From assembly GCA_045590715.1 (NCBI GenBank), contig JAZNRO010000024.1, positions 1-43,674 of the forward strand: 43,674 nt of DNA, given 5' to 3'. A program made the position numbers and the translations under genes. This DNA is from Eubacteriales bacterium (GTDB lineage Bacteria; Bacillota; Clostridia; Oscillospirales; SIG627). The notes beneath the pieces are model-generated. The model saw only the letters and a list, made by a program, of their open reading frames with translations, did no database searches and was not told where the DNA came from. Positions 1-8,361 of this stretch are shown piece by piece; positions within the stretch are counted from its first letter, which is position 1, and each line of letters begins with the position of its first letter.

Positions 1-308
1 AGGCTGAAGACGAAGAAGTTCAGAAGTACATCGGCAAGGAAGTAATCGGCGGTATCCGTTCTGAAGCAATTCACGACGAGCCCATGTATCTGTCCCAGTT
101 CTCCGATTGGGTAATTGATGCAAACGTTGACGTAACCGAGCTGATGGGCGCAGAAATCTTCCTGTACCTGAACAGCCAGGAAACCAACTTCATTGCAAGA
201 GTATCTCCCAGATCCAAGGCAAAGGTTGGCGATTCCATCAAAGTTGCTTTCGATATCAACAGACTGCACCTGTTTGACAAAGATACCGAAATCTGCTTCT
301 GCCACTAA
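1..308 (+). CDS. 3' end of an ABC-transporter ATP-binding subunit (MsmX/MalK/UgpC-type C-terminal regulatory domain); 5' end lies outside the window
   Basis: The frame is open from the window edge to TAA at 306-308. The translation ...KEVIGGIRSEAIHDEP...VDVTELMGAEIFLYLN...ARVSPRSKAKVGDSIKVAFDINRLHLFDKDTE is typical of the C-terminal beta-domain of sugar-importer ATPases. A terminator follows. Confidence 0.75.
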   Translation, partial: AEDEEVQKYIGKEVIGGIRSEAIHDEPMYLSQFSDWVIDANVDVTELMGAEIFLYLNSQETNFIARVSPRSKAKVGDSIKVAFDINRLHLFDKDTEICFCH

Positions 309-321
309 TTTAAAAGCAAAA

Positions 322-348
322 AGACGGACCTTGTGTCCGTCTTTTTTT
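322..348 (+). terminator. Rho-independent terminator
   Basis: Stem GACGGAC / GTCCGTC (323-329 and 335-341) followed by T7 (342-348). Confidence 0.7.
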
Positions 349-360
349 GTCGATTTTTTC

Positions 361-389
361 TTGCATTCTAGTGCTTTTTATGGTAAAAT
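361..389 (+). promoter_or_regulatory. Sigma-A-type promoter for the NSS transporter gene
   Basis: TTGCAT (361-366), 17-nt spacer, TGg-TAAAAT (384-389). It sits about 30 nt upstream of the ATG at 419. Confidence 0.5.
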
Positions 390-418
390 ACTGTATCTTT
401 TGTTTGCGAGGAAAAAAT

Positions 419-1921
419 ATGGAAAAAAAGCATAACGGCTTTGCCAGCGGACTTGGTTTTGTGCTGGCGGCGGGAGGGTCTGCCGTAGGTCTTGGAAACC
501 TTTGGGGCTTCCCTTATAAGACCCATGATAACGGCGGTGCCGCATTTGTACTGGTATATATCGCTTGCGTACTATTGATCGGTGTTATTACCATGACCTG
601 CGAGATCTTTATTGGCAGAAGAGCCCAGGCAAATCCGGTAACGGCATTTAAAAAGGTGGATAGCCGCCTTGGCTGGATCGGCGTTTTGGCCATTTTGATC
701 CCCGGATTTATCGCTTGCTACTACTCGGTTTTGGGTGGTTACACCGTGCGCTTTGCCGCTACTTCTCTTTTTGGCAATGCAGGCACCTTCGTTCCCTTTG
801 CAGGAAACGTATGGCAGGTGATTCTCTATTCCGCGATCTTTATCGGTATGGCGCTGTTTGTTGTTATGGGCGGTGTAAAAGACGGCATTGAAAAGGCTTC
901 CAAAGTATTGATGCCGGCGCTGTTTGTGATCCTTTTGGGTACGGTTATCTTCTCTCTTTCTTTGGGAGAAGGAGTAAAGGAAGGACTTGCCTTTTACTTG
1001 AAACCCGATTTTTCTAAGCTTTCCGGTACCGGAATTTTGGCGGCAATGGGACAGGCTTTCTATTCTCTTTCTTTGGGAATGGGCGCTATGATCGCCTACG
1101 GTTCTTATACCGGTAAGGAAATAAGCCTTGTAAAATCCACTGCCATGATCTGTATTTTCGATACCATGGTAGCCTTGCTTGCCGGTTTTGCTATTTTCCC
1201 TGCGGTATATCATTATACGGCTACTACCGGTCTTGAGGTTGGCTCTTTCCAGGGCGTGGGACTGATGTTCCAGACGCTTCCTTTGGTATTTGAAGACCTG
1301 GGTATGTTAGGAAAGGTCATCAGTACTTTCTTTTTTGCAATGGTTACTATTGCAGCGGGAACTTCCGTTATTTCTCTTCTGGAAGTTGTTTGTCAGTTTA
1401 TCATTCAGAAATTTAAGGTTTCCCGTAAAAAGGCCGTTTCCGTTTTGTCCCTTGTCTGCTTTGCCATCTCTATTCCCGTGGGAATTTCTTTGGGCCAGGT
1501 ATTAAACGGTGCGGAAGATGCCATTGTAATCTTCGGTCAGAACCTACTTGATCTTTTTGATATTATTACCAACACGGTTCTAATGCCCGTATGTGCTTTC
1601 CTTGGCTGTATTACCGTTGGCTGGATCTTAGGTCCCAAGAAGGCGGTAAGCGAAATGGAAGAAGACGGCCAGAAGCTGGGCTTCTTTAAGCCGATCTTTA
1701 TGGTGATGGTAAAATTTGTAACACCCGTTTTGATCCTTGCTATTGAGATCTTCGGTGTATTTGATCTCATCTTCCCCAAGGGAGAAGGCGGCAGAGTATT
1801 TTCCTCTGACGGTCTTGGCATTTCCTTGACCGCTTACGGACTTCTGCTTCTGGGCGTTATCGCATACTTTGTATTCTTCAAAAAAGGAAATACCGGCTGT
1901 AACGCAGACGAAGAAGAATAA
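419..1921 (+). CDS. Sodium-dependent transporter, neurotransmitter:sodium symporter (NSS/SNF) family
   Basis: The N-terminal signature GFVLAAGGSAVGLGNLWGFPY and about 11-12 hydrophobic segments fit the NSS family. I chose the start at ATG 419 (MEKKHNGF) because it has a GAGGA RBS and lies downstream of the predicted promoter. The ORF-track start at 347 lies inside the terminator/promoter. Confidence 0.9.
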   Translation: MEKKHNGFASGLGFVLAAGGSAVGLGNLWGFPYKTHDNGGAAFVLVYIACVLLIGVITMTCEIFIGRRAQANPVTAFKKVDSRLGWIGVLAILIPGFIACYYSVLGGYTVRFAATSLFGNAGTFVPFAGNVWQVILYSAIFIGMALFVVMGGVKDGIEKASKVLMPALFVILLGTVIFSLSLGEGVKEGLAFYLKPDFSKLSGTGILAAMGQAFYSLSLGMGAMIAYGSYTGKEISLVKSTAMICIFDTMVALLAGFAIFPAVYHYTATTGLEVGSFQGVGLMFQTLPLVFEDLGMLGKVISTFFFAMVTIAAGTSVISLLEVVCQFIIQKFKVSRKKAVSVLSLVCFAISIPVGISLGQVLNGAEDAIVIFGQNLLDLFDIITNTVLMPVCAFLGCITVGWILGPKKAVSEMEEDGQKLGFFKPIFMVMVKFVTPVLILAIEIFGVFDLIFPKGEGGRVFSSDGLGISLTAYGLLLLGVIAYFVFFKKGNTGCNADEEE

Positions 1922-1940
1922 AATGAAATAAAAGAAAAAA

Positions 1941-1974
1941 GCCTCTTGTGTTTGGCAAGAGGCTTTTTATTTTG
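1941..1974 (+). terminator. Rho-independent terminator
   Basis: Stem GCCTCTTG / CAAGAGGC (1941-1948 and 1956-1963) followed by a T-run. Confidence 0.7.
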
Positions 1975-1984
1975 GCTTTGTGAG

Positions 1985-2024
1985 AAAAAAGAAAATACCG
2001 GGCGATAAGCCCGGTATTTTTTGT
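1985..2024. terminator. Bidirectional hairpin terminator (serves pck on the minus strand)
   Basis: Stem AATACCGGGC / GCCCGGTATT (1994-2003 and 2009-2018), flanked by an A-run on the left and a T-run on the right. Confidence 0.65.
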
Positions 2025-2025
2025 T

Positions 2026-3801
2026 TTACTTCAGGTTAGCTTTGAGGGTTTCCAGCTGTGCTTTCAGCTCAGCGGGGAGACGGTCAAACTTCTTGAAATA
2101 TTCTTCTACGTCAGCAGCGTATTCGGTCCAAGCGTCCTTATCAACGGTGAGGATGGACTTGAGAACGTCGATGTCCATATCCAGGTCGGTAAGGTCGATA
2201 TCTTCGGGCTTGGGAATGAAGCCGATAGCGGTTTCATCAGCGTCTGCCTTGCCTTCGCAGCGATCAATGATCCAGTTGAGAACTCTCATATTGTCGCCGA
2301 AGCCGGGCCACAGGAAGTTGCCTTCGTCATCGGTACGGAACCAGTTTACGTTGAAGATCTTGGGAGCTTTGTCACCCAGCTTTTCGCCCATGTTGAGCCA
2401 GTGCTGGAAGTAGTCGCCCATATTGTAACCGCAGAAGGGAAGCATTGCCATGGGGTCGTGACGAACTACGCCAACGGCACCGGCAGCAGCGGCGGTGGTT
2501 TCGGAAGCCATGGTAGCGCCTACGAATACGCCGTTCTTCCAATCCTTGGACTGGTAAACCAGGGGAGCCAGTTTTGCTCTTCTGCCGCCGAATACGATGG
2601 CAGAGATGGGAACGCCCGCGCCCTTATCAAACTCTTCGGAGATGCAGGGGCAGTTCACAGCGGGAGCGGTGAAACGGGAGTTGGGATGAGCAGCGCAAGT
2701 GGACTTGTCAGCCTTGTTGAACTTTGCGGGATCCCAGGGCTTGCCCGTCCAGTCGATTGCGTTTTCAGGCAGATTCTTGTTCAGACCTTCCCACCAAACG
2801 GTGTTGTCGTTAAGATCAAGAGCAACGTTGGTGAAGATGGTGTTCTTCTTGGTGGATTCCAGAGCGTTGAAGTTGCTCTTTTCGTTGGTACCGGGAGCTA
2901 CGCCGAAGAAGCCGTTTTCGGGGTTGATGGCGTAGAGTCTTCCGTCAGCGCCGATGCGCATCCAAGCAATATCGTCACCTACGGTCCAGATCTTGTAGCC
3001 CTTCTTGCGGAGATATTCCGGAGGAATGAGCATAGCAAGGTTGGTCTTACCGCAAGCGGAGGGGAATGCAGCGGCGATGTATTTTACTTCGCCCTTGGGA
3101 TTTTCAAGACCCAGGATGAGCATGTGTTCTGCCATCCAGCCTTCTTTCCAACCCTGGTAGGAAGCGATACGCAGTGCGAAGCACTTCTTGCCCAGAAGAA
3201 CGTTTCCGCCGTAAGCGGAGTTTACGGAAATGATGGTGTTGTCTTCGGGGAACTGGCAGATGTATCTGTTTTCGGGGTCAACGTCGCACTTTGCGTGGAG
3301 ACCGCGAACCCAGTCATTGGAGTCGCCGAGAACTTCCAGAACCTTGCTGCCTACGCGGGTCATGATAGCCATGTTCAGAACTACGTAGATAGAGTCGGTG
3401 ATTTCAATACCAACTTTTGCAAGAGGAGAACCGATGGGGCCCATAGAGAAGGGGATCACATACATGGTTCTGCCCTGGTAGGTGCCGCGAGCGATGTTGT
3501 AGAGCTTTTCATACATCTCTGCGGGAGCGCACCAGTTGTTGGTGGGGCCTGCATCTTCTTTGACAGAGGTGCAAATGAAGGTGCGGTCTTCCACACGTGC
3601 TACGTCATTCTGCTTGGTTCTGTGCAGGTAGCATCCGGGAAGTCTTTCTTCGTTGAGCTTAATGAGCTCGCCGGACTGGCAAGCTTCTTTGCGAAGTGCT
3701 TCCAGCTGATCTTCTTCACCGGTGATCCAAACGATCTTGTCGGGATTCAGAAGAGTTTTCATCTCTTCGATCCACTTTTGTACGGTTGCGTTAGTGGTCA
3801 T
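2026..3801 (-). CDS. pck: Phosphoenolpyruvate carboxykinase (GTP-dependent)
   Basis: 591 aa. The kinase-1a motif FPSACGKTNLAML and many GTP-PEPCK blocks (GDDIAWM, NPENGFFGVAPGT, WEGL) are present. Codon usage is strongly biased. Confidence 0.95.
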   Translation of the reverse strand: MTTNATVQKWIEEMKTLLNPDKIVWITGEEDQLEALRKEACQSGELIKLNEERLPGCYLHRTKQNDVARVEDRTFICTSVKEDAGPTNNWCAPAEMYEKLYNIARGTYQGRTMYVIPFSMGPIGSPLAKVGIEITDSIYVVLNMAIMTRVGSKVLEVLGDSNDWVRGLHAKCDVDPENRYICQFPEDNTIISVNSAYGGNVLLGKKCFALRIASYQGWKEGWMAEHMLILGLENPKGEVKYIAAAFPSACGKTNLAMLIPPEYLRKKGYKIWTVGDDIAWMRIGADGRLYAINPENGFFGVAPGTNEKSNFNALESTKKNTIFTNVALDLNDNTVWWEGLNKNLPENAIDWTGKPWDPAKFNKADKSTCAAHPNSRFTAPAVNCPCISEEFDKGAGVPISAIVFGGRRAKLAPLVYQSKDWKNGVFVGATMASETTAAAAGAVGVVRHDPMAMLPFCGYNMGDYFQHWLNMGEKLGDKAPKIFNVNWFRTDDEGNFLWPGFGDNMRVLNWIIDRCEGKADADETAIGFIPKPEDIDLTDLDMDIDVLKSILTVDKDAWTEYAADVEEYFKKFDRLPAELKAQLETLKANLK

Positions 3802-3839
3802 AATTTTGTGTTCCTTTCACAAATATCATATTCATATAC

Positions 3840-3868
3840 ATTATACTGAAAAAAGCCGATTTGTGCAA
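3840..3868 (-). promoter_or_regulatory. Sigma-A-type promoter for pck
   Basis: On the minus strand: TTGCAC (3863-3868), 17-nt spacer, TATAAT (3840-3845). Confidence 0.45.
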
Positions 3869-3957
3869 GAGGAAGAAAAGAAAAAAATGGGGAAAAACAT
3901 TATTTTTTTTGATTAAAACAGTAAAAAATCTTTTTCACAAAAAAATCACAAAAAAAT

Positions 3958-3986
3958 TTGAAAAGATAGAAAAAATATAGTATACT
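3958..3986 (+). promoter_or_regulatory. Sigma-A-type promoter for the M16-lgt-folD operon
   Basis: TTGAAA (3958-3963), 17-nt spacer, TATACT (3981-3986), in an AT-rich divergent intergenic region. Confidence 0.5.
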
Positions 3987-4026
3987 ATAAAGGTGTAATA
4001 TTTTTCATATCAAGAAAGGACCGGAT

Positions 4027-5310
4027 ATGAACCGAAAATTGCTGAATCGCCGGGAGATTGCGCCGGGCGTTTCGTTAAACTTTGTGGAAAACGATCGGTA
4101 TAAAACCAATTATATCACCTTTTATTTTGTATCAAAACTGGATGGGAAGACTGCTTCTTACAACACTCTTTTATCCCGGGTTCTGACCCGCGGAACGGAA
4201 AACTATCCCAGCCAGATGAAATTAAATCGTGCCTTGGATGAGCTGTACGATGCCTGTCTTTCTTCCGATTCGGTAAAGGTGGGTGAGTGGCATGCTCTGG
4301 CTATTTCCATGGCGCTTTTGGATAACGCCTTTGCTTTAAGCGGGGAGGACATTACTTCAAAGGGTATCGACCTTTTGGAGGAAGTGATCTTTTCGCCCTA
4401 TCTTCCCGGGGGCGTTTTCTCGGAAGAATACGTAAAGAGCGAAAAGAAAATGGCTCTTTTGGAAATTGATTCTCTTGTAAATAACAAGGCAAGATATGCA
4501 AGACAGAGAATGATCGAGCATATGTGCCGATTAGAGCCTTACAGCACCTGTGCACTGGGCGAAAAAAGAGAGATTTCCAAGATCGGTGCAGAAAGTCTTT
4601 TTGCTTATTACAAGGAACTTATCCGTACCGCCCGCATTGAGATCTTTTTCGTAGGCAGATTTGATGAGAAGGCGGTGGAAGAGAGAGTTCTAAAACTGTT
4701 TTCACAGAAAGAGCGTAATTTTTCGCCTTTGCCCCAGCCTTCCATCCGTACCCGTGCCAAAGGGGTGAAAGAGGTAACGGAGGAAATGGATATTACCCAG
4801 GCAAATCTTGTGATGGGCTTCCGTACCGGTGTCAGCATTTACGATCCCCAGTGGCGGGCCATGAGCCTTTATAATTCCGTTTTGGGCGGATCTTTAACCT
4901 CGAAGCTTTTCTGCGTTCTGCGAGAGAAGATGAGCCTTTGCTATTCCATTTCTTCTTACCCCGATGCCCTAAAGGGGATCATGACTGTTTACGCCGGCAT
5001 TGCATCGGAAAACAGAGAACTTGCCATCAAGGAAGCCCTTCATCAGATGGAGGAGATAAGACTTGGCAATATTACGCCGGAGGAACTGGAAAACGCCAGA
5101 GGCGCTTTGACCCACGCCCTGCGCGGTCTTGGGGACAATCCCGGGGCGCTGGCGGATTGGTTCTTACCCAGAATTCTGGCAGGGGTATTCTCTACGCCCG
5201 ATGAAATCATAAAAGAACTTTCTCTTCTCACCAAAGAAGACGTGGTTGGCGTATCGGAAAATATTACCCTGGATACGGTTTATACCCTGAAGGGAAAGGA
5301 GGCAAAATAA
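4027..5310 (+). CDS. M16 (pitrilysin/insulinase) family peptidase-like protein, probably the non-catalytic subunit (no HxxEH motif)
   Basis: 427 aa with M16 N- and C-domain-like organisation. I saw no HxxEH zinc motif. Its stop overlaps the next start (TAATG). Confidence 0.75.
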   Translation: MNRKLLNRREIAPGVSLNFVENDRYKTNYITFYFVSKLDGKTASYNTLLSRVLTRGTENYPSQMKLNRALDELYDACLSSDSVKVGEWHALAISMALLDNAFALSGEDITSKGIDLLEEVIFSPYLPGGVFSEEYVKSEKKMALLEIDSLVNNKARYARQRMIEHMCRLEPYSTCALGEKREISKIGAESLFAYYKELIRTARIEIFFVGRFDEKAVEERVLKLFSQKERNFSPLPQPSIRTRAKGVKEVTEEMDITQANLVMGFRTGVSIYDPQWRAMSLYNSVLGGSLTSKLFCVLREKMSLCYSISSYPDALKGIMTVYAGIASENRELAIKEALHQMEEIRLGNITPEELENARGALTHALRGLGDNPGALADWFLPRILAGVFSTPDEIIKELSLLTKEDVVGVSENITLDTVYTLKGKEAK

Positions 5311-6602
5311 TGCGTTTTATCACCAAAGAAAATCCGAAGATCGGTGAAAAGTATTATCGCGGAAAGCACGCCTCCGGCCTTGAGGTTGTCATTGTTCCCA
5401 AAGCCCATCGGAAGGCCTTTGCTCTTCTGGGCACCCGTTACGGTTCGGTGAACCGGGTATTTAAAACGGATAAGGATAAAGATTTCATCACCGTTCCCGA
5501 CGGAATTGCCCATTTTCTGGAGCACAAGCTTTTTGAGAATGAGGACGGCAGTGATACCTTCAGTCATTTCGCGGCCTTGGGCGCCAGCTGTAACGCTTTT
5601 ACCTCTACGGAAATGACCGCTTATCTCTTTTCCGCTACGGAAAATTACTATGAAAACTTAAAGGTCCTGGTGGACTTTGTTACCACGCCTTATTTTACCC
5701 CGGAAACGGTGGAAAAGGAAATGGGAATTATCGGGCAGGAGATCCGTATGTGCCACGACGAGCCCTTCCACCAGCTGTATTACGGACTTTTGGACGCGCT
5801 TTTTGTAAACCATAACGTAAAAGTGGATATTGCGGGAACGGAAGAGACCATTTCCCATATTACAAGCGATATTCTTTACCGCTGTTATAACACGTTTTAT
5901 AATCTTAACAATATGCTCCTTGTTCTTTGCGGTCCTTGGGACAAGAAAAAGGTGAAAGCGGTGCTGGACGAAAATCTGAAGGAAAGCAAGCCCATTCAGA
6001 TCCAGACCCGTTTCCCGGAAGAGCCCCGGCGCATCAACAAGAAAAAAGTAGTCAAGGAATTTCCCGTAGGAACGCCTCTTTTTGCCGTTGGTATGAAAGA
6101 GGACGATCTGAAAAAGAGAATTTCTCCCCGGGATATTTTAAAGAAGCAGGCGGAGCACGAAATTTTGTCCGATATGCTTTTCGGAAAGTCCAGTGCTTTT
6201 TATAACGAACTTTATGACAAGGGACTCATCGGCGACCGATTCTCCCTGGAATACAATCTTTCAAAAAGCTACGGGTATCTTCTCATCTTCGGTGAGAGCC
6301 GCAGACCTGAAAGCGTATATAAGAGAATCTATGAAACCGTAAAGGGCGCTATGGATCTTGTGACAAAAGAGGATTTTGAAAGAAGCCGCAAGGCTGTTTA
6401 TTCCCGGGCGGTGCAGGATTGGAATTCCACCACCCAGATTTCTGAAAACTTTATGGACTTTGCCTTTTCCGGAACGGATATGCTCCTTTATCCGGAAGCC
6501 ATTGGCAGTGTTACTCTAGAGGATATTAAAAATCGGATCCGGGCATCGTATAACCCTCGCCGTCTTGCCCTGTCCATTGTGAAACCTTGTAAGGAGAAAT
6601 AA
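5310..6602 (+). CDS. M16 family zinc peptidase, catalytic subunit
   Basis: 430 aa. It carries the inverted zinc motif HFLEH followed by a downstream Glu (GIAHFLEHKLFENEDG). It is translationally coupled to the upstream paralogue. Confidence 0.85.
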   Translation: MRFITKENPKIGEKYYRGKHASGLEVVIVPKAHRKAFALLGTRYGSVNRVFKTDKDKDFITVPDGIAHFLEHKLFENEDGSDTFSHFAALGASCNAFTSTEMTAYLFSATENYYENLKVLVDFVTTPYFTPETVEKEMGIIGQEIRMCHDEPFHQLYYGLLDALFVNHNVKVDIAGTEETISHITSDILYRCYNTFYNLNNMLLVLCGPWDKKKVKAVLDENLKESKPIQIQTRFPEEPRRINKKKVVKEFPVGTPLFAVGMKEDDLKKRISPRDILKKQAEHEILSDMLFGKSSAFYNELYDKGLIGDRFSLEYNLSKSYGYLLIFGESRRPESVYKRIYETVKGAMDLVTKEDFERSRKAVYSRAVQDWNSTTQISENFMDFAFSGTDMLLYPEAIGSVTLEDIKNRIRASYNPRRLALSIVKPCKEK

Positions 6603-6603
6603 A

Positions 6604-7503
6604 ATGTATCTGATGAATTCGACTACCATCGTTTCCTTTCCGGAACTGGATCTGGGACCTTGGACCATCAACCGTTTTTTGGTGAAGGATCTGTTTGGAA
6701 AGATCTCCATCGCCTGGTACGGCGTGATCATTTGCTTTGCGATGATCCTGGCCGCCTCGCTTATTTTGTACCACGCGGTGAAAAAAGAAGGAATGGATCT
6801 GGATTCCTTTTTGGATTACTTCCTTTTCGCCATCCCTTTAGGTGTGGTAGGCGCCCGGACCATGTACGTTTTGGCAAGGCTTGAGGAATACGACAGCTTT
6901 TCCGAAATGATCGCCATCTGGAACGGCGGTATCGCCATTTACGGCGCTATCATTGCCGGGGCACTGACCATCTTTGTTTTGACAAGGATCAAAAAGCACA
7001 GTGTTTTGAAGGTGTTTGATACTTTCGTGCCCGGCCTTCTCATTGCCCAGTCCCTGGGACGTTGGGGCAACTTTATCAACGGAGAAGCCTATGGCGAAGT
7101 GATGAAAAATCCCCTTCCCTGGGGTATGATCGTAAACGGCACCGGCCCTGTACATCCCACCTTCCTTTATGAATCCATCATTACCTTTGTGGGATTTTTG
7201 CTTGCTACCTTTGTGGTTTACCGCCTGAAAAAAACAGACGGTCAGGTAACTGCTTTTTACCTTGTTTGGTACGGCATCGGAAGAACGCTGGTGGAGGGCC
7301 TTCGCACTGACTCCCTGATGATCGGGGACTTGCGCCTTTCCCAGTGTATCGGAATTTTTTCCGCCCTTTGCGGCATTTTGCTCTTTGTCCTGCCTATGAC
7401 TCTGAAAAAGCCGGAGAAAGAAGAGAAAGCGGAAGAAATCGAAGAAAAAATGGAAGAAACAAAAGAAGAAAATACACAAGAAACAGAAGGAGAAAAAGAA
7501 TAA
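6604..7503 (+). CDS. lgt: Prolipoprotein diacylglyceryl transferase
   Basis: Lgt signature GRWGNFINGEAYG, a polytopic membrane profile and YGIGRTLVEGLRTDS. It also has an unusual about 45-aa Glu/Lys-rich C-terminal tail. Confidence 0.92.
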   Translation: MYLMNSTTIVSFPELDLGPWTINRFLVKDLFGKISIAWYGVIICFAMILAASLILYHAVKKEGMDLDSFLDYFLFAIPLGVVGARTMYVLARLEEYDSFSEMIAIWNGGIAIYGAIIAGALTIFVLTRIKKHSVLKVFDTFVPGLLIAQSLGRWGNFINGEAYGEVMKNPLPWGMIVNGTGPVHPTFLYESIITFVGFLLATFVVYRLKKTDGQVTAFYLVWYGIGRTLVEGLRTDSLMIGDLRLSQCIGIFSALCGILLFVLPMTLKKPEKEEKAEEIEEKMEETKEENTQETEGEKE

Positions 7504-8351
7504 TGGCAATTCTCATTGACGGAAAAAAGACCTCTTTGAAACTGAGAGAGCAGATAAAAAAAGAAACGGAAAAACTGGTAGAGGAAACCGGCGTTCGACC
7601 CGGCCTTGCGGTGATCTTGGTAGGAGATGACCCTGCTTCCGCTATCTACGTAAGAAATAAGAAAAAGGCTTGCGAAGAGGTAGGTTTCCAGTCCCTGGAA
7701 TATAAGCTTCCCGCCACTTCCACCCAGGAAGAAGTGCTTTCTCTTATTGATACCTTAAACGCAGATGAAAACGTACACGGTATTTTGGTACAGCTCCCCG
7801 TGCCTAAGCATATTAATGATAAGGCTGTTATCGATAGAATTTCCCCTAAAAAGGACGTAGATGCTTTCTCTTATGAAAACGTAGGAAGAATCGTTACCGG
7901 TGAATTTGATTTCGTTCCCTGTACCCCTGCCGGTATTATGGCACTGCTAGAAGAATACGGCATTGATCCCAGTGGCAAGCAGGCAGTGGTGATCGGCCGA
8001 AGCAACATCGTAGGAAAGCCTATGGGACTTTTGCTTTTACATAAGAATGCTACCGTAACGATCTGCCACTCCAGAACCCAGAACCTTTCCGAGGTTTGCC
8101 GCGGTGCGGATATTTTGGTTGCGGCAGTAGGCAAGGCAAAATTTGTAACGGAAGATATGGTAAAAGAAGGAGCCGTTGTCATTGACGTTGGTATGAACCG
8201 TGACGAAAACGGACTTTGCGGCGACGTTGATTTTGAAAACGTAGAGAAAAAGGCTTCCTACATTACCCCCGTTCCCGGCGGCGTAGGACCTATGACTATT
8301 ACCCTTTTGCTTCAGAATACTTTAACCAGTGCAAAGAAAGCTTCTAAATAA
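7503..8351 (+). CDS. folD: Bifunctional 5,10-methylene-tetrahydrofolate dehydrogenase / methenyl-THF cyclohydrolase
   Basis: MAILIDGKK..., VILVGDDPASAIYVRNKKKAC, ILVQLPVP, GRSNIVGKP and PVPGGVGPMT are all FolD blocks. The start at ATG 7503 overlaps the lgt stop. The upstream extension to 7344 is an Arg-rich out-of-context read-through of the lgt tail. Confidence 0.95.
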   Translation: MAILIDGKKTSLKLREQIKKETEKLVEETGVRPGLAVILVGDDPASAIYVRNKKKACEEVGFQSLEYKLPATSTQEEVLSLIDTLNADENVHGILVQLPVPKHINDKAVIDRISPKKDVDAFSYENVGRIVTGEFDFVPCTPAGIMALLEEYGIDPSGKQAVVIGRSNIVGKPMGLLLLHKNATVTICHSRTQNLSEVCRGADILVAAVGKAKFVTEDMVKEGAVVIDVGMNRDENGLCGDVDFENVEKKASYITPVPGGVGPMTITLLLQNTLTSAKKASK

Positions 8352-8361
8352 GGAGTAAAAA

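Noticed and set aside
2401-3849. 482-aa ORF on the plus strand, opposite pck.
   Set aside because: It is a shadow ORF of a strongly codon-biased gene. Its translation is Gly/Val/Ala/Ser-rich with no recognisable motif and no RBS, while the minus-strand product is an unmistakable GTP-PEPCK.
7344-7502. N-terminally extended ORF-track starts. The example is folD from 7344. The same issue occurs at 347, 10645, 18907, 35540, 36103, 38629, 39232 and 42356.
   Set aside because: The extensions overlap upstream genes, terminators or promoter elements and encode non-homologous, often Arg-rich, peptides. In each case an internal ATG with a well-spaced SD site begins the conserved protein.
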